64,000 bases of DNA, taken from assembly GCA_963827655.1 (NCBI GenBank), contig CAWHCF010000046.1, positions 64,001-128,000 on the forward strand, given 5' to 3'. The translations under genes were made by a program, and so were the position numbers. Positions within the stretch are counted from its first letter, which is position 1, and every line of letters begins with the position of its first letter. Source of the stretch: an uncultured Acidobacteriota bacterium (GTDB lineage: Bacteria; Acidobacteriota; UBA6911). The notes under the pieces are model-generated. The model searched no databases, was not told the origin of the DNA, and saw only the letters and a program-made list of their open reading frames with translations. Of the stretch, positions 40,692-51,323 are shown one piece after another.

Positions 40692-41690
40692 ATGTCGGAT
40701 CCGCAATTGGCTGGCTTCCACTATTCCGTTTTGACCGACCCCGAAAGCCAGTGGAAGGTTCACGAACTGTCTTATCGTGACGCGAAAAATCCCGGTCGCA
40801 CTGTCATCGCGCGCATCGTTCCCGCTGGAGGAAGCAACCTGGTCTCGCTCGAAGTCGACGGCACCGAGATGCTGCGCACTCCTCCCAAGATCTCCCAGGC
40901 AGCCGGCGTAGGTTACGGAATTCCAATCCTCTACCCGACGCCCAACCGGGTGAGGGACAGCCGGTTCATGTTTGACGGAAGGACCTTTCAGTTCAAACCC
41001 AATGAGCGCTCCAATTTCATCCATGGGCTTGTTAATCGGGCCGAGTGGAAAGCCGATCCTCCCGTAATGAGAAGCGATGGCGTCTCGCTGAAAACCTATA
41101 TCGATTTCGACCAGAAATCTCCGAACTTCTCCCTGTTTCCCATCCTGAATCGACTCACCATGACCTATGCGCTCGCGACCGACGGTATTCTCATGAGCTT
41201 TGCGGTGGAGAATCGAGATGGACGCCCGCTTCCCTTCGGTTTTGGCCTTCATCCCTATTTCAGAATCCTGGGAGACCGCGGCCAGACTTACCTTCAGGTT
41301 CCTGCCGAACGTCACATGGAAGCGGAAGGACTCTTGCCCACCGGCAAGCTGCAGAGCCTCGAGGGCGCACCTTTCGACCTGCGCCAGCCCACATCGCTGG
41401 GGGACCTGAAGCTGGACGATGTCTACTGGGGAATGGTCCCCGAAAGACCAGCCGGCTATGAATTCCGCGACCGGGGAATCCGCGTGACTCTTGAGGCTTC
41501 GGAGTTGTTCACTCACGCGGTGGTCTATACGCCGCAAGGCCGACCCTATTTCTGCATCGAAAACCAGACCTGCTCGACGGATGCGCATAACCTTCATGGG
41601 CAGGGTTTCGAACGGGAAGCCCATCTGATCGTTTTGAAGCCGGGGGAGAGCGCGACTGGAAGCGTTCGGATTCGGGTCGGCAAACTCTAG
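40692..41690 (+). CDS. Aldose 1-epimerase (galactose mutarotase-like)
   Basis: GIPILYPTPNRV, IHGLV, FGFGLHPYF, FCIENQT. Confidence 0.88.
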   Translation: MSDPQLAGFHYSVLTDPESQWKVHELSYRDAKNPGRTVIARIVPAGGSNLVSLEVDGTEMLRTPPKISQAAGVGYGIPILYPTPNRVRDSRFMFDGRTFQFKPNERSNFIHGLVNRAEWKADPPVMRSDGVSLKTYIDFDQKSPNFSLFPILNRLTMTYALATDGILMSFAVENRDGRPLPFGFGLHPYFRILGDRGQTYLQVPAERHMEAEGLLPTGKLQSLEGAPFDLRQPTSLGDLKLDDVYWGMVPERPAGYEFRDRGIRVTLEASELFTHAVVYTPQGRPYFCIENQTCSTDAHNLHGQGFEREAHLIVLKPGESATGSVRIRVGKL

Positions 41691-41730
41691 AGGTATTTTT
41701 TCCGCAGCGCTAACCACGAAGACACAAAGG

Positions 41731-41758
41731 TTCGTTCGGGGACTTCGCCCCGAACGAA
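41731..41758. terminator. Perfect 11-bp stem hairpin, possible terminator or REP-like element
   Basis: ttcgttcgggg-acttcg-ccccgaacgaa downstream of the epimerase; no clear U-tract. Confidence 0.35.
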
Positions 41759-41835
41759 AGGGCCCCTTGTGAACGACAACATGTTAGTTTGAACGTTTCG
41801 CTAAGCGCCTAAGAAACAAACGCCAAGGGTCTAAA

Positions 41836-42732
41836 GTGAAAGAACTAAGGCGAGCCACGGTCGGTGAGGATTCGTATGGCAGGGAGGTCCGCAGGGTCCT
41901 GATGTTGACCCTGGCGCTGAATCTGGCCGTTGTGGCAGGTAAACTCGTAGCGGGATTTCGGGCGGGCTCCCTGAGTGTGATCAGCGATGCCATGCACTCG
42001 TCGGCCGATTCGCTCAACAATCTCGTCGGGTTGGTCATAATCCGGCTAGCCCAGGCGGCTCCCGATGAAGAACATCCCTACGGGCATCACAAGTTCGAAA
42101 CTGTGGCGACTTTCGCCATCGCCGGCTTTCTTCTCGTGACCGCGTTTGAAGTCGTGGTCGGAGCCACGAAGCGTCTGCTCGGCTGGTCGTCGTCGGAGGT
42201 TGAGGTCACTACCCTGACGGTCGGCGTCATGGTCGTGACCCTGATGGTCAATATCTTTGTCTGGAGCTATGAAAGCCGCCGGGGAAAGGCATTGAATAGC
42301 AGCTTCCTCATCGCCGACTCGAAGCACACGCTGAGTGATATCTTCGTCAGCCTGTCGATTCTGATCGGCCTCGTGCTCGTCCGCAGAGGAATGGTTCACA
42401 TCGATCCGATTCTGGCCTTTGTCGTCGCCGGGGTAATCACTTACGCTGCGTATCAAATCTTTGCCTCCACCATTCCTGTGCTGGTGGATAGCGCGCCTCT
42501 TTCCTCGGAATACATCGCCAAGATCGTGCGGGAGACGACTGGAGTCGAATCAGTGCATGAAATAAAATCCCGTGGAGTGCCGGGCCGAATCTTCATCAGC
42601 ATGCATCTGGTGGTCACTCCGACGAACACGTTCGAGGCCCATGCCGTGACGGAAGAAGTGGAGAGGCGGCTGGCCGAGAAGATCGGCCCCTGTACCGTTA
42701 CGATTCACGTCGAGCCCGATGAAACCTATTGA
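41836..42732 (+). CDS. Cation diffusion facilitator (FieF-like) transporter
   Basis: SDAMHSSAD, HPYGHHKFE, ADSKHTLSD, IHVEP. Confidence 0.92.
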   Translation: MKELRRATVGEDSYGREVRRVLMLTLALNLAVVAGKLVAGFRAGSLSVISDAMHSSADSLNNLVGLVIIRLAQAAPDEEHPYGHHKFETVATFAIAGFLLVTAFEVVVGATKRLLGWSSSEVEVTTLTVGVMVVTLMVNIFVWSYESRRGKALNSSFLIADSKHTLSDIFVSLSILIGLVLVRRGMVHIDPILAFVVAGVITYAAYQIFASTIPVLVDSAPLSSEYIAKIVRETTGVESVHEIKSRGVPGRIFISMHLVVTPTNTFEAHAVTEEVERRLAEKIGPCTVTIHVEPDETY

Positions 42733-42790
42733 GTCTTAGGTTTCATTTGTGTCTGTTGAGTCTTAGTGGTGGGTCTTTTCGATGACGCGT

Positions 42791-43981
42791 TCACGGCCGG
42801 GTTTCTACGGCGGACTGAACCACGTTGGAAACTCGATTGAGCAGAAAGCCGCCGTCCTGGCTGGCGGGACGGGTCGTAAGAATCACGCAGATTAAATCCC
42901 GCTCGGGATCAGCCCACGCCACGGTGCCGGTGGCGCCCACGTGGCCGTAAGTGCGGTCCGAGGCCAGGTCTCCAAAGAAGTTCCATACCGGCGAGCGCTT
43001 CAGGGCCCAACCTAAGCCCCATGGAGCTCCCAGCCTCTGGTTCTGGTCGGAGGTCATAGCATCGACGGTCGCCGGTGCCAGAATCCTTTTGCCGCCGTAC
43101 GCTCCTCCGTTCAGAAACATCTGAAGAAAGACCGCCAGGTCATTTACTGTGCTATGCATTCCTCCCCAGGGATGTCCCATATCTCGCCAGTAGGGGCTGT
43201 TGGCTCCGAATCTTTTGGCGTCGGCGCTGCTGGTTTCGTAAGAGGGCGACCCTTGGCACCAGGCGGTCTGTTCGATGGTTCTGCCTCCAAGGCCCAGCAT
43301 GGTGTTCTTCATCCCCAGGGGATCGAAGAACTCCTTCTTCAAGAATTCCCGCAATGGAGTTTTCGTGAGACGTTCCACGATCTCGGCGGCCAGCAGAATT
43401 CCCATGCTCTGGTAGGAAAATGAACTGCGCGGCGCGAAGAGAAGGGGGGTGGTCAGCGACCGCCGCACGAACTCCGGAAGTGGAGCATGCGCCCTTCGCA
43501 ACTCGGTATTCTCCGGAAGCATGTCCGGCATTCCCGAAACATGGGTCAAGAGATCGTGGACCCGTACCTTGTCTCGCTCCGGCCCCTGAAATTCCGGCAG
43601 ATATTTTTGTACGGGATCGGAAAGACTGATCATGCCGCGTTCCACCAGAAGCATCAGGGCGGAAGCGGTAACCGGCTTGGTGATCGAGGCGACGAGATAG
43701 ATGGTATCGGGCCGCGCAGGCGGGCCGGAGGCTTCCGGCGACTGCTTTCCGGAACCTCGATGCAAAACGATAACGCCGTGCCGGGCGACCAGGATCGAGG
43801 CGGCGAGCACCTGGCCGTTTCTGGTTTCCTGCTCCAGGATCTGGCCGGCCTGCTCCAGGCGGACGGCAGACATACCAGCTTCTTCCGGCCGGCCCGGTTT
43901 TAACACCTGTTCTTTCGCATGAGCCGGGTTGACCACGCCGGTCACCAGAACCAACAATAAGGCAATTGAGAAGGACAACAT
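42791..43981 (-). CDS. Serine hydrolase, beta-lactamase family
   Basis: Signal peptide; ASITK, LLTHVSG, FSYQS, YGHVGATG. Confidence 0.9.
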   Translation of the reverse strand: MLSFSIALLLVLVTGVVNPAHAKEQVLKPGRPEEAGMSAVRLEQAGQILEQETRNGQVLAASILVARHGVIVLHRGSGKQSPEASGPPARPDTIYLVASITKPVTASALMLLVERGMISLSDPVQKYLPEFQGPERDKVRVHDLLTHVSGMPDMLPENTELRRAHAPLPEFVRRSLTTPLLFAPRSSFSYQSMGILLAAEIVERLTKTPLREFLKKEFFDPLGMKNTMLGLGGRTIEQTAWCQGSPSYETSSADAKRFGANSPYWRDMGHPWGGMHSTVNDLAVFLQMFLNGGAYGGKRILAPATVDAMTSDQNQRLGAPWGLGWALKRSPVWNFFGDLASDRTYGHVGATGTVAWADPERDLICVILTTRPASQDGGFLLNRVSNVVQSAVETRP

Positions 43982-44186
43982 GGCTCCCACATCAAGAGTC
44001 TACAGCGATTGTGTCACTATTTTTAAGGCAAAGTAATTCTTGCGTGTTTCTTCGTGACTTGGTGTCCTGGTCGGTATTGCTTTTGCAGCGCTAGACATAA
44101 GAAACCTGGAACCGACAACTTTCTGCTATTCTCGTCCAAATTTTGCGCCGGGAGGGGCGACTAAAGCTTCCATGGAGGAGTGACGC

Positions 44187-45807
44187 TTGCGCAGGCCGAA
44201 TCCCAAAACCCGCCGGGCCGGCAAAGTGACTCAAAAGAAACACGGCCCGGATCCATGGCTTCAATCTCACCTGAACTCGATCGCCCTCCTGGTTATTTCG
44301 GCCGGTTTCGTGATCCGGGTCATCACCGCTGCTGCCGGCTATCTCAATCCGGATGAAGCCCTGCACTACCTCCTTGCCAATCAGCCGTCCGCCGCTCTGG
44401 CATACCAGGCGAGCCTTACCAATGCTCATCCTCCATTCTTCTTTTTGCTGCTTTATTTCTTGCGCTTTATCGGCACCTCCGAGTTCATCCTGCGTCTTCC
44501 ATCGGTGCTGGCTGGAACTCTGTTGCTCTGGGTCGCGTACAAATGGCTCGAGAGCGCGTTTAATAAGACGGCAGCTTTGGTCGGTCTTTTAGTGCTCACT
44601 TTTTCGCCGGCGATCATTTCGGTTTCGACTGAAGTGCGGGGCTATGGAGTTCTCCTGCTCTGCATGGCGAGCGCCCTTTACTTCCTGGAACGGGCCTTCA
44701 AGCAAAAGTCTTTGCGCGCCATGTTACTTTTCTCAGCCGCTTTGTATCTTGCAATTCTAACGCACTACTCAGCCCTTTGGTTCACGCTGGCAGCAGCCGC
44801 CTATGCATTGATACTCATCTGGGATCGCCGGCTACCAGGCCGCCTGGTCAAGGTTTGGGCCGCGTCTCAGGCGGGCGTGGTTTCCCTCTATGTCTTTCTT
44901 TACCTTACACACATCTCAAAATTAAGAGGGGGCGGCATGGAGCAGGAGGCGGCGGGCGGTTGGCTCCAGAGCTCTTACTTTGACCCGGTAAAGGACAATC
45001 TGTTTGCTTTTGTGTTCAATGGCACGGTCGCCTTTTTTCATTATGTTTGTGCCAACCGGATCGTCGGGATCGCCATGCTTCTAGCCTTTGTCGCCGGCGT
45101 CGTGGTTCTTTTTACGAAGGATGTTCGGCGCGAAGAACGATGGGACAGGCTGGGCCATCTTGCCATTCTGCTGCTTCCATTCTTGCTGAGCTGGTGCGCT
45201 GCGCTTGCTCGCATGTATCCTTACGGCGGCACCCGGCACAGCATTTTTCTGACCCTTTTCGCGATCGCAGGCGCCAGCTTCGGGCTGACGAAACTCATCG
45301 AGAGGAAGCCTTGGCCCGGGCTGTTTGCCGTGGGTTTTGCCATGGCGGTCTGTAACCTTTATCCCACGCCTCCTGCCCAGCCGATTTATGCGGAACATCA
45401 GAGCCGGACCTTAATGAGCCAGGCCGTGAATCATATTCATCAATCAATCCCGGCGGGCAAGCTCGTCTTTGTGGATTACCAGACGATGCGTTCTGCTCGG
45501 CTATTACCTTGGGAAAAACCAGATCACCCGCTTCGATCAACCTCAGAAAGAGTTTTGGGAATTTCCATATGGGGGGTACCGAGTTGTCTCGACGCGACAC
45601 TGGTTGTTCAACGTTGAGAGTTTCGGGGTTGAACTTAAGCGCTTGAGGAACGTTTATGACCTGCCGCCTGGCGAGATGGTGTGGATCATTTCGGCCGGTT
45701 GGGGAGTCAACCTCTACACCAGGCTGAGCCAGCGATTTCCTGAATCCCATTTCCCGGGCACGATGTTCGGGAGCAGTCTGGCAGTCTTTCAGGTCCCGAC
45801 GGTTTAG
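44187..45807 (+). CDS. GT-C (PMT_2/GT39-like) membrane glycosyltransferase (frameshift near 45490)
   Basis: NPDEALH, HPPFFF, LRLPSVLAG, EVRGY; many TM helices; continues in ORF 45469-45807. Confidence 0.78.
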
Positions 45808-45889
45808 CCCGTTCTTAGTCTTCGTGCTTAGAGGTTAACAATCCACGACTAGACCCGAAGACTCGAAGGCACTAAGAAACGTGATGCAC

Positions 45890-46633
45890 TCATTCCTGAG
45901 TCGCTTCGGTCATCATTTCTTTCAGCACCTCGATGATGGCCTCGGCCCAGATCTCATACCCGCGGAGACTCAGGTGCAGGAAGTCGGGCATGATGTCCTG
46001 CGAGATGGTGTTGTCGGGCTGAAGGAACTTCCCACCGATGTCCAGGTATCGAACGTTCTTGCCGTCTTCGAGTTTGGTAATGATCGCGTTCACCTGCTGA
46101 AGCTTCTCGCGCAACACGCCAGGTTTTTCCTCCCGAGGGAAGATCGCCAGGAGCAGGACCCTGGTTTTCGAAGAGCGTGAGCGGATTTCCTGAACGATGA
46201 GCTTGATCCCTTCGGCGATTTCTTCGGTTTGGTTCTGCGCGAGATTGTTTGTGCCGATCATGACCACTGCGACTTTGGGCTGGATCCCCTCAAGCTCCCC
46301 GTTTTGAAGCCGCCAGAGCAAGTGCTGTGTGCGATCCCCTCCTATGCCGAAATTGGCCGGTTTGAGCGGGTCAAAGTACTTCCGCCAAACAGGCCCGCCG
46401 CCGCGCTCATTTCTCCAACCGTCGGTAATCGAATCACCGAGGAATAGAACGTCGACGTCGCCTTTCTTGGCGAGGCTGACGAACCCCTCATGGCGTCTGA
46501 GCCAATCATTCCTGATCACAGGTATGGTTGCTGGTTCGGGCTGTGCCGCCGGAGTCTGGGCCTGGAGAGCAACCGGTAACGAAGCGACGATCAGGAAGAA
46601 ACCCAGAATGAATAGACGCTGATTTCTTTTCAT
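45890..46633 (-). CDS. SGNH/GDSL hydrolase (PAF-acetylhydrolase IB-like)
   Basis: FLGDSIT, NFGIGGD, IGTNN, DFLH. Confidence 0.92.
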   Translation of the reverse strand: MKRNQRLFILGFFLIVASLPVALQAQTPAAQPEPATIPVIRNDWLRRHEGFVSLAKKGDVDVLFLGDSITDGWRNERGGGPVWRKYFDPLKPANFGIGGDRTQHLLWRLQNGELEGIQPKVAVVMIGTNNLAQNQTEEIAEGIKLIVQEIRSRSSKTRVLLLAIFPREEKPGVLREKLQQVNAIITKLEDGKNVRYLDIGGKFLQPDNTISQDIMPDFLHLSLRGYEIWAEAIIEVLKEMMTEATQE

Positions 46634-46679
46634 ATGAACTCCTGAAGCATTTTTTGAGTGAAGACGCTGCCAAGCCTAA

Positions 46680-46821
46680 GGGTTCGCGCAGAAATAAGTT
46701 CGCATTCTGGCGGGCCGCAGCCCGAAGGGGCGCGATTCCGAGCGTGCGCAGCCAAGGGAAACCGGTTCATGATTGACCACCGAGTCCGCGCCAGAATGTG
46801 AAGTTATTTCTGCGCGAGCCC
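46680..46821. mobile_element. MITE-like element, copy 2 (142 bp), flanked by TAA on both sides
   Basis: Same terminal inverted repeats as 12305-12537; ccTAA-GGG...CCC-TAAtac. Confidence 0.82.
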
Positions 46822-47789
46822 TAATACCCGAGTCGCTTGTCCACCACGTTCTGAAGCGGCTCCCCTTTTCGAAAGCGCTCGAAGTTGTCCAGGAAGAACT
46901 GGGTAGCCTGCTCCATCCAGTCTGATGTGTGGTCGGCGCAATGGGGCGAGAGGAGGAGGTTGTCCAGACGGTAAAAAGGGTGGCCCTGCGGCAAGGGTTC
47001 ATTCTCAAATACATCGAGCGCCGCGCCGCGGATCCATTTTTCCTGGAGGGCCCGAATCAGTGCGGGTTCGTCGACCACCGGGCCGCGGCCGATGTTTATC
47101 AGGACGCCCGTCTTTTTCATGGCGCGCAGTTCGGTGGCGCCGATCATGCCGCGTGTGTCTCGCGTCAACGGCGCGGCAACGACGACATAGTCCGAGCCTG
47201 CCATTAGCTCGAGCTTTCGTTCCAGGGGCAGAAGCTGGTCGAGCATCGAGTCGTCTCGGGACTGCTCCGGGCGGCGGCGAAGCGCGAGGACCTTCATGCC
47301 GAACGCCTTGGCGCGCCGGGCGACGGCGCGGCCAATATCGCCGTAGCCGATAATCCCCAGGCTCTGCCGGCTGATCTCGTCGACATCAAAAGCTTGCCAT
47401 ATGCCTGCGTCCTGATTCCGGACCATGCGCCGAAAATCCTTGGCGAAGAACAGAACGGCGCCCATGACGAACTCACCCAGCGATTGACTGAATACTCCGC
47501 GGGAATTGGTAAGAGGAACCGGGCTTTCGACCAGCGCGGCAAAAAGTAAATTATCAAGGCCGGCGGCCATCGAGTGCACCCATTTGACCTGGCGCGCGGC
47601 ACTCCAGATCTGTTCCAGCAGGTCGCGATTTCCCGACCAGGCGAAAATCACATCGGCACGAGGCGCGCTCGGCTCGACCGCTTGCACTGTATTTCCCACC
47701 GTTACCGTGGCGGTCTGTCGCAGCTGCTCCAGCATCTTCAGCTGCGGCTGTGCAGGATCGGCAAGTACAAGCAGATTGATGAGACTCAT
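46821..47789 (-). CDS. D-2-hydroxyacid dehydrogenase
   Basis: GIIGYGDIG, INIGRG, AALDVFENEP, LSPHCA. Confidence 0.92.
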   Translation of the reverse strand: MSLINLLVLADPAQPQLKMLEQLRQTATVTVGNTVQAVEPSAPRADVIFAWSGNRDLLEQIWSAARQVKWVHSMAAGLDNLLFAALVESPVPLTNSRGVFSQSLGEFVMGAVLFFAKDFRRMVRNQDAGIWQAFDVDEISRQSLGIIGYGDIGRAVARRAKAFGMKVLALRRRPEQSRDDSMLDQLLPLERKLELMAGSDYVVVAAPLTRDTRGMIGATELRAMKKTGVLINIGRGPVVDEPALIRALQEKWIRGAALDVFENEPLPQGHPFYRLDNLLLSPHCADHTSDWMEQATQFFLDNFERFRKGEPLQNVVDKRLGY

Positions 47790-47792
47790 TCA

Positions 47793-48050
47793 GATTGACG
47801 ATTGACGATTGACGATTGACGATTCATGACGAGATTTCGTAAGCCCGTAACACTTTGCCTTTTTAGCACGAATTTCACGCTGCTCCAATCCGTGTGTCCG
47901 GAGGAGCCGGACAAACCGTGTCGTTCGGGTCCGGAAGCTGACCGCTGATAGCTGACTCCTGATAGCTCCGCGGCCGCCGGTCCGGTGGCCGCCTGCAGGG
48001 ACGATCGACTCAATGGTAAATCGTCAATCGTCAATCGTAAATCGTCAATC
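47793..48050. repeat. Inverted (GATTGAC)n / (AATCGTC)n heptamer tracts with an internal (GCTGA..)n tract
   Basis: gattgacgattgacgattgacgattgacgatt ... aatcgtcaatcgtcaatcgtaaatcgtcaatc. Confidence 0.85.
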
Positions 48051-48054
48051 GGGA

Positions 48055-49914
48055 TCAGGCGCCATGGCTCGACAGAACGGCCGTCACCCGATTCAGAGCA
48101 TCCTCGTCCTCGGGATCACCCGAAGTGAAGTCTACATACTGGATGTTCTTCAATTGCCTCGGAATCGGGCACTTCTCCAGAAGCACCGGAACTATCGGTT
48201 TGCGCTCGTCCAGAGCCGTGCGCAACTCCCCCGTCGCCTCGCTGGATTGGATGGCGGCCGGCGAGAGTACGATCAGGAAGGAGGCGCAGTCATGCAGAGC
48301 TTTGTCGATGGCCTTATCCCAGTTGGCGCCGGGTGGAATGTCGGTCTGGTCTATCCAGATGGGAATCCCGCGCTCCTTGAGCTTTCCCGCGAGGTCGAGG
48401 ACAAAGCCCTCGTCGTCACGCGCATAACAGACAAAGACGTGGTCGCCCCGTTGGTGCCTGCCTGCGACCGCACCCGTGTCCCCTGCGAAATCGATTCCTG
48501 ACGAAGAAGGCGCGCCCACGAATCCGAGCCGTTTCAAGATGTGGGTCAGCGCTTCGATTCCTAACCATCCGCCGAAGACGGAGAACGTGAAGGCGGTGAG
48601 CGGGTTTAACGCGAGACCGCGCGGCAAGACATGGATCAGACCCAGCAGCAGGATCCAGTAGAAGAGAAATCCGGCGATCAGGCCGACCACGAGACGCCAC
48701 CATCTGGTTCGTCGGCGAGTCAGAATAACAAGCAATCCTCCCGACAATCCACCCAGCGCCGAAAAGCCCATCATCGCGAGTGGCAACCTGACTTTTAGCG
48801 GGACCGTGGTGCTGAAAAGATTGGGTGTTGAAGCCGAGACCTGGAAGTCTCCCCACCAGACCGGCTCGAAGTTCGCGCGGCCTCCGGACTGCCCAGGAAG
48901 AATGGTAAATTCCTTCGGAGAGATCTCCCCGCGCCCACGACTGATCGCCACCGAAATCAAGCGTTCTTCAGCGGTGCGGATCGGCCTTCCCTTATCGTCT
49001 ACCAGGCGGACAAACAAATCCGATCGGTCCAGAAGCGTGATGTCCTGGGGATTGGGGATGAGCTCGAGCCTGGTGATCGGGGGACCGAACTTGATCTCCA
49101 ATTTTCGGTCACCTTCCAGGCGGGCCTCAGGCACGGAATCGAGATACTCTACTGATGACAGTACCCTGTTCGTTCGATTTCAAGGTCGCTTCGGCGGAAT
49201 CCTCACCCTTGTGAATTACCATGGGGTTCGGGGCCAGAATCCCGCTTCCTTGAAAGAGGCGAACTCTAAAATCCTCGGAGGATCCAGCGTCCTCTCGCAA
49301 TAGAAAAGCGTGGATCGTCACAGTGTCCTTCCCGTCCGCGAGAAACAGCCGTTGCGGGCTGAATCGTAGAGCCAGCGAAGGAAGCTTGCGTGCCTCGGGC
49401 TTCGGGCGCCGGCTCTGGAAGGCCCCCGCCGCGAGGTATCAGAATGCCCTTCGGCTCGAGCTTTTTCAGGGGGGCGCGGGCGTTTTGGAGCATGAGTGTG
49501 CGGGACCGAATCCTCGACCCGAAGGAAAGCGCCACCCGCAAGCAGTTCCTCGTGCCTGGCCCAGAGATAGACAAAGCCTCGAAGCCCTGATCGAAGAGGG
49601 ACAGTAAAAGTCTGCGAGGATTGCCCCGCCTTCATCGTAACATCCATCAATTTTTGCGGCGGATCGGCAGGAGACAGGCGCGCCTGAATCTGAATTGCGA
49701 GATCCCTCGGCGCGTTGATGGGCCGATTGTCCGAGTCCAGGAGTGTGATCCGGATACCGGCCTTACCGCCAACGGCCACCCTTGACGCAACCGGGTTGAC
49801 GTCAAGCTTGACGGGGTTCTTTTGAGCGCTGCACGGAACTGCCAGGAGGATAAAAAGAGAAAGGAGCGCTGGCGATGGCCTCCGGAAAAATGACACCAAT
49901 CCCTTGGGCCGCAC
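48055..49914 (-). CDS. Membrane TIR-domain protein: signal peptide, Ig-like ectodomain, 3 TM helices, TIR_2 (two frameshifts)
   Basis: ORFs 49318-49914, 49127-49321 and 48055-49134; LADGKDTVTI; TIR VFVCYARDD...IWIDQTDIPPGANW...VLSPAAIQSSEATGEL...QYVDFT. Confidence 0.78.
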
Positions 49915-50167
49915 AGCTTCTCCCTCCCCTGAGAATCGAATCGGCTCTATGGGTACCGGATTCTATTTTGTCGAACTGCCTTGGGGCAAGAGTATTCGCG
50001 CTTCGCGTTTCCTGGTGTTTTCGAGTCTTCGCGGTTAAGAATCCTGTTCCGGCGAGACAAGGCACACGGACCGAGGATCAAGCTTGAAAGGGCCGCCCCG
50101 ATGGACTAGGGTAACAAGGCTTACGTCAGCAACTCTTAATCTATGGTACCGATCGAGGTGAGAAGAC

Positions 50168-51307
50168 ATGCCGGAAGCAACCACCATACCTGAAGTCAAG
50201 GTTCCTTTTTACGGTCACGTCCGCCAGTATCATGGTCTCCGGAAGGAGCTCGATGATGCCATAAGGCGGGTTCTCGAGAGCAACCAGTATGTGATGGGAC
50301 CCGCTCTGAAACAGTTCGAGCAGGATCTGGCAAAGTACTTTGGAATGAAGCACGCGGTCGGCGTCAACTCGGGGACCGACGCGCTCTTTCTCGCTTTCAT
50401 GGCCCTTGGCATCAAGCCGGGAGACGAGATCATCACCACCGCGAACACGTTCTTTGCTACGGCCGAGGCGATCTGGATCGCGGGAGCGAAGGCCGTGTTT
50501 GTCGATTGCGACCCGGCAACCCGAAATATCGATCCCTCCAGGATTGAAGCGGCCATAACTCCGAAGACGCGCGCTCTCGTCCCGGTCCATCTGTACGGGC
50601 TGTGCGCCGACATGAAGTCGATCAGCGAGATCGCGAAGAAGCACAAACTGTTTGTCATCGAGGACAACGCCCAGGCCATCGACGGCTACGGCCCGGGCTG
50701 GAAAGAAGGGGAGCTCAGCGACGCGATGTGTGTCAGCTTCATTATTCAGAAGAACCTTGGGACCTTCGGCGATGGCGGCGCAGTCATTACCAATCGGCAG
50801 GACGTGGATGCGGAGGTCCGCCGTCTGCGAAACCACGGTTCGAGCAAGCGCTCGGTTCACAGCATGGGCTACAACAGCCGATTGGACGATCTTCATGCTG
50901 CGATCTTGAGCGTGAAGCTGAAACAGGTCACCAGGTGGACGGACCGGCGGCGGGAGATTGCAGCCCGCTATGCCCGGGGACTTGAGCGCACAAGCCTCAC
51001 CCTTCCCTGCGAGCCCTCCGGATACCGGCACGCCTATCACCTCTACGTTGTCGAGCATCCTGAGCGCGACAGCCTGGAGGCTTTTCTGCTCGCCGCAGGG
51101 ATAGACGTGAAGCTCCATTACCCGATTGCCATTCACCAGCAGGAGGGATATCCCTGGGGAATGCCGGCGGATCCCAATCCCACAGTTCCTAACTGCGAAA
51201 AAAACGCGGCCACCTGCCTTTCGCTGCCCATGTTTCCCGAGCTGACGGACGAGGAGGTGGACTACACCATCGAGCAGTGTGTGAAATGGGACCGAGCGCG
51301 GCGATGA
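50168..51307 (+). CDS. DegT/DnrJ/EryC1/StrS family aminotransferase
   Basis: VNSGTDAL, PVHLYG, IEDNAQA, QKNLGTFGDGG, NSRLD. Confidence 0.92.
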   Translation: MPEATTIPEVKVPFYGHVRQYHGLRKELDDAIRRVLESNQYVMGPALKQFEQDLAKYFGMKHAVGVNSGTDALFLAFMALGIKPGDEIITTANTFFATAEAIWIAGAKAVFVDCDPATRNIDPSRIEAAITPKTRALVPVHLYGLCADMKSISEIAKKHKLFVIEDNAQAIDGYGPGWKEGELSDAMCVSFIIQKNLGTFGDGGAVITNRQDVDAEVRRLRNHGSSKRSVHSMGYNSRLDDLHAAILSVKLKQVTRWTDRRREIAARYARGLERTSLTLPCEPSGYRHAYHLYVVEHPERDSLEAFLLAAGIDVKLHYPIAIHQQEGYPWGMPADPNPTVPNCEKNAATCLSLPMFPELTDEEVDYTIEQCVKWDRARR

Positions 51308-51323
51308 AAGTTCCGCGGGCGAA

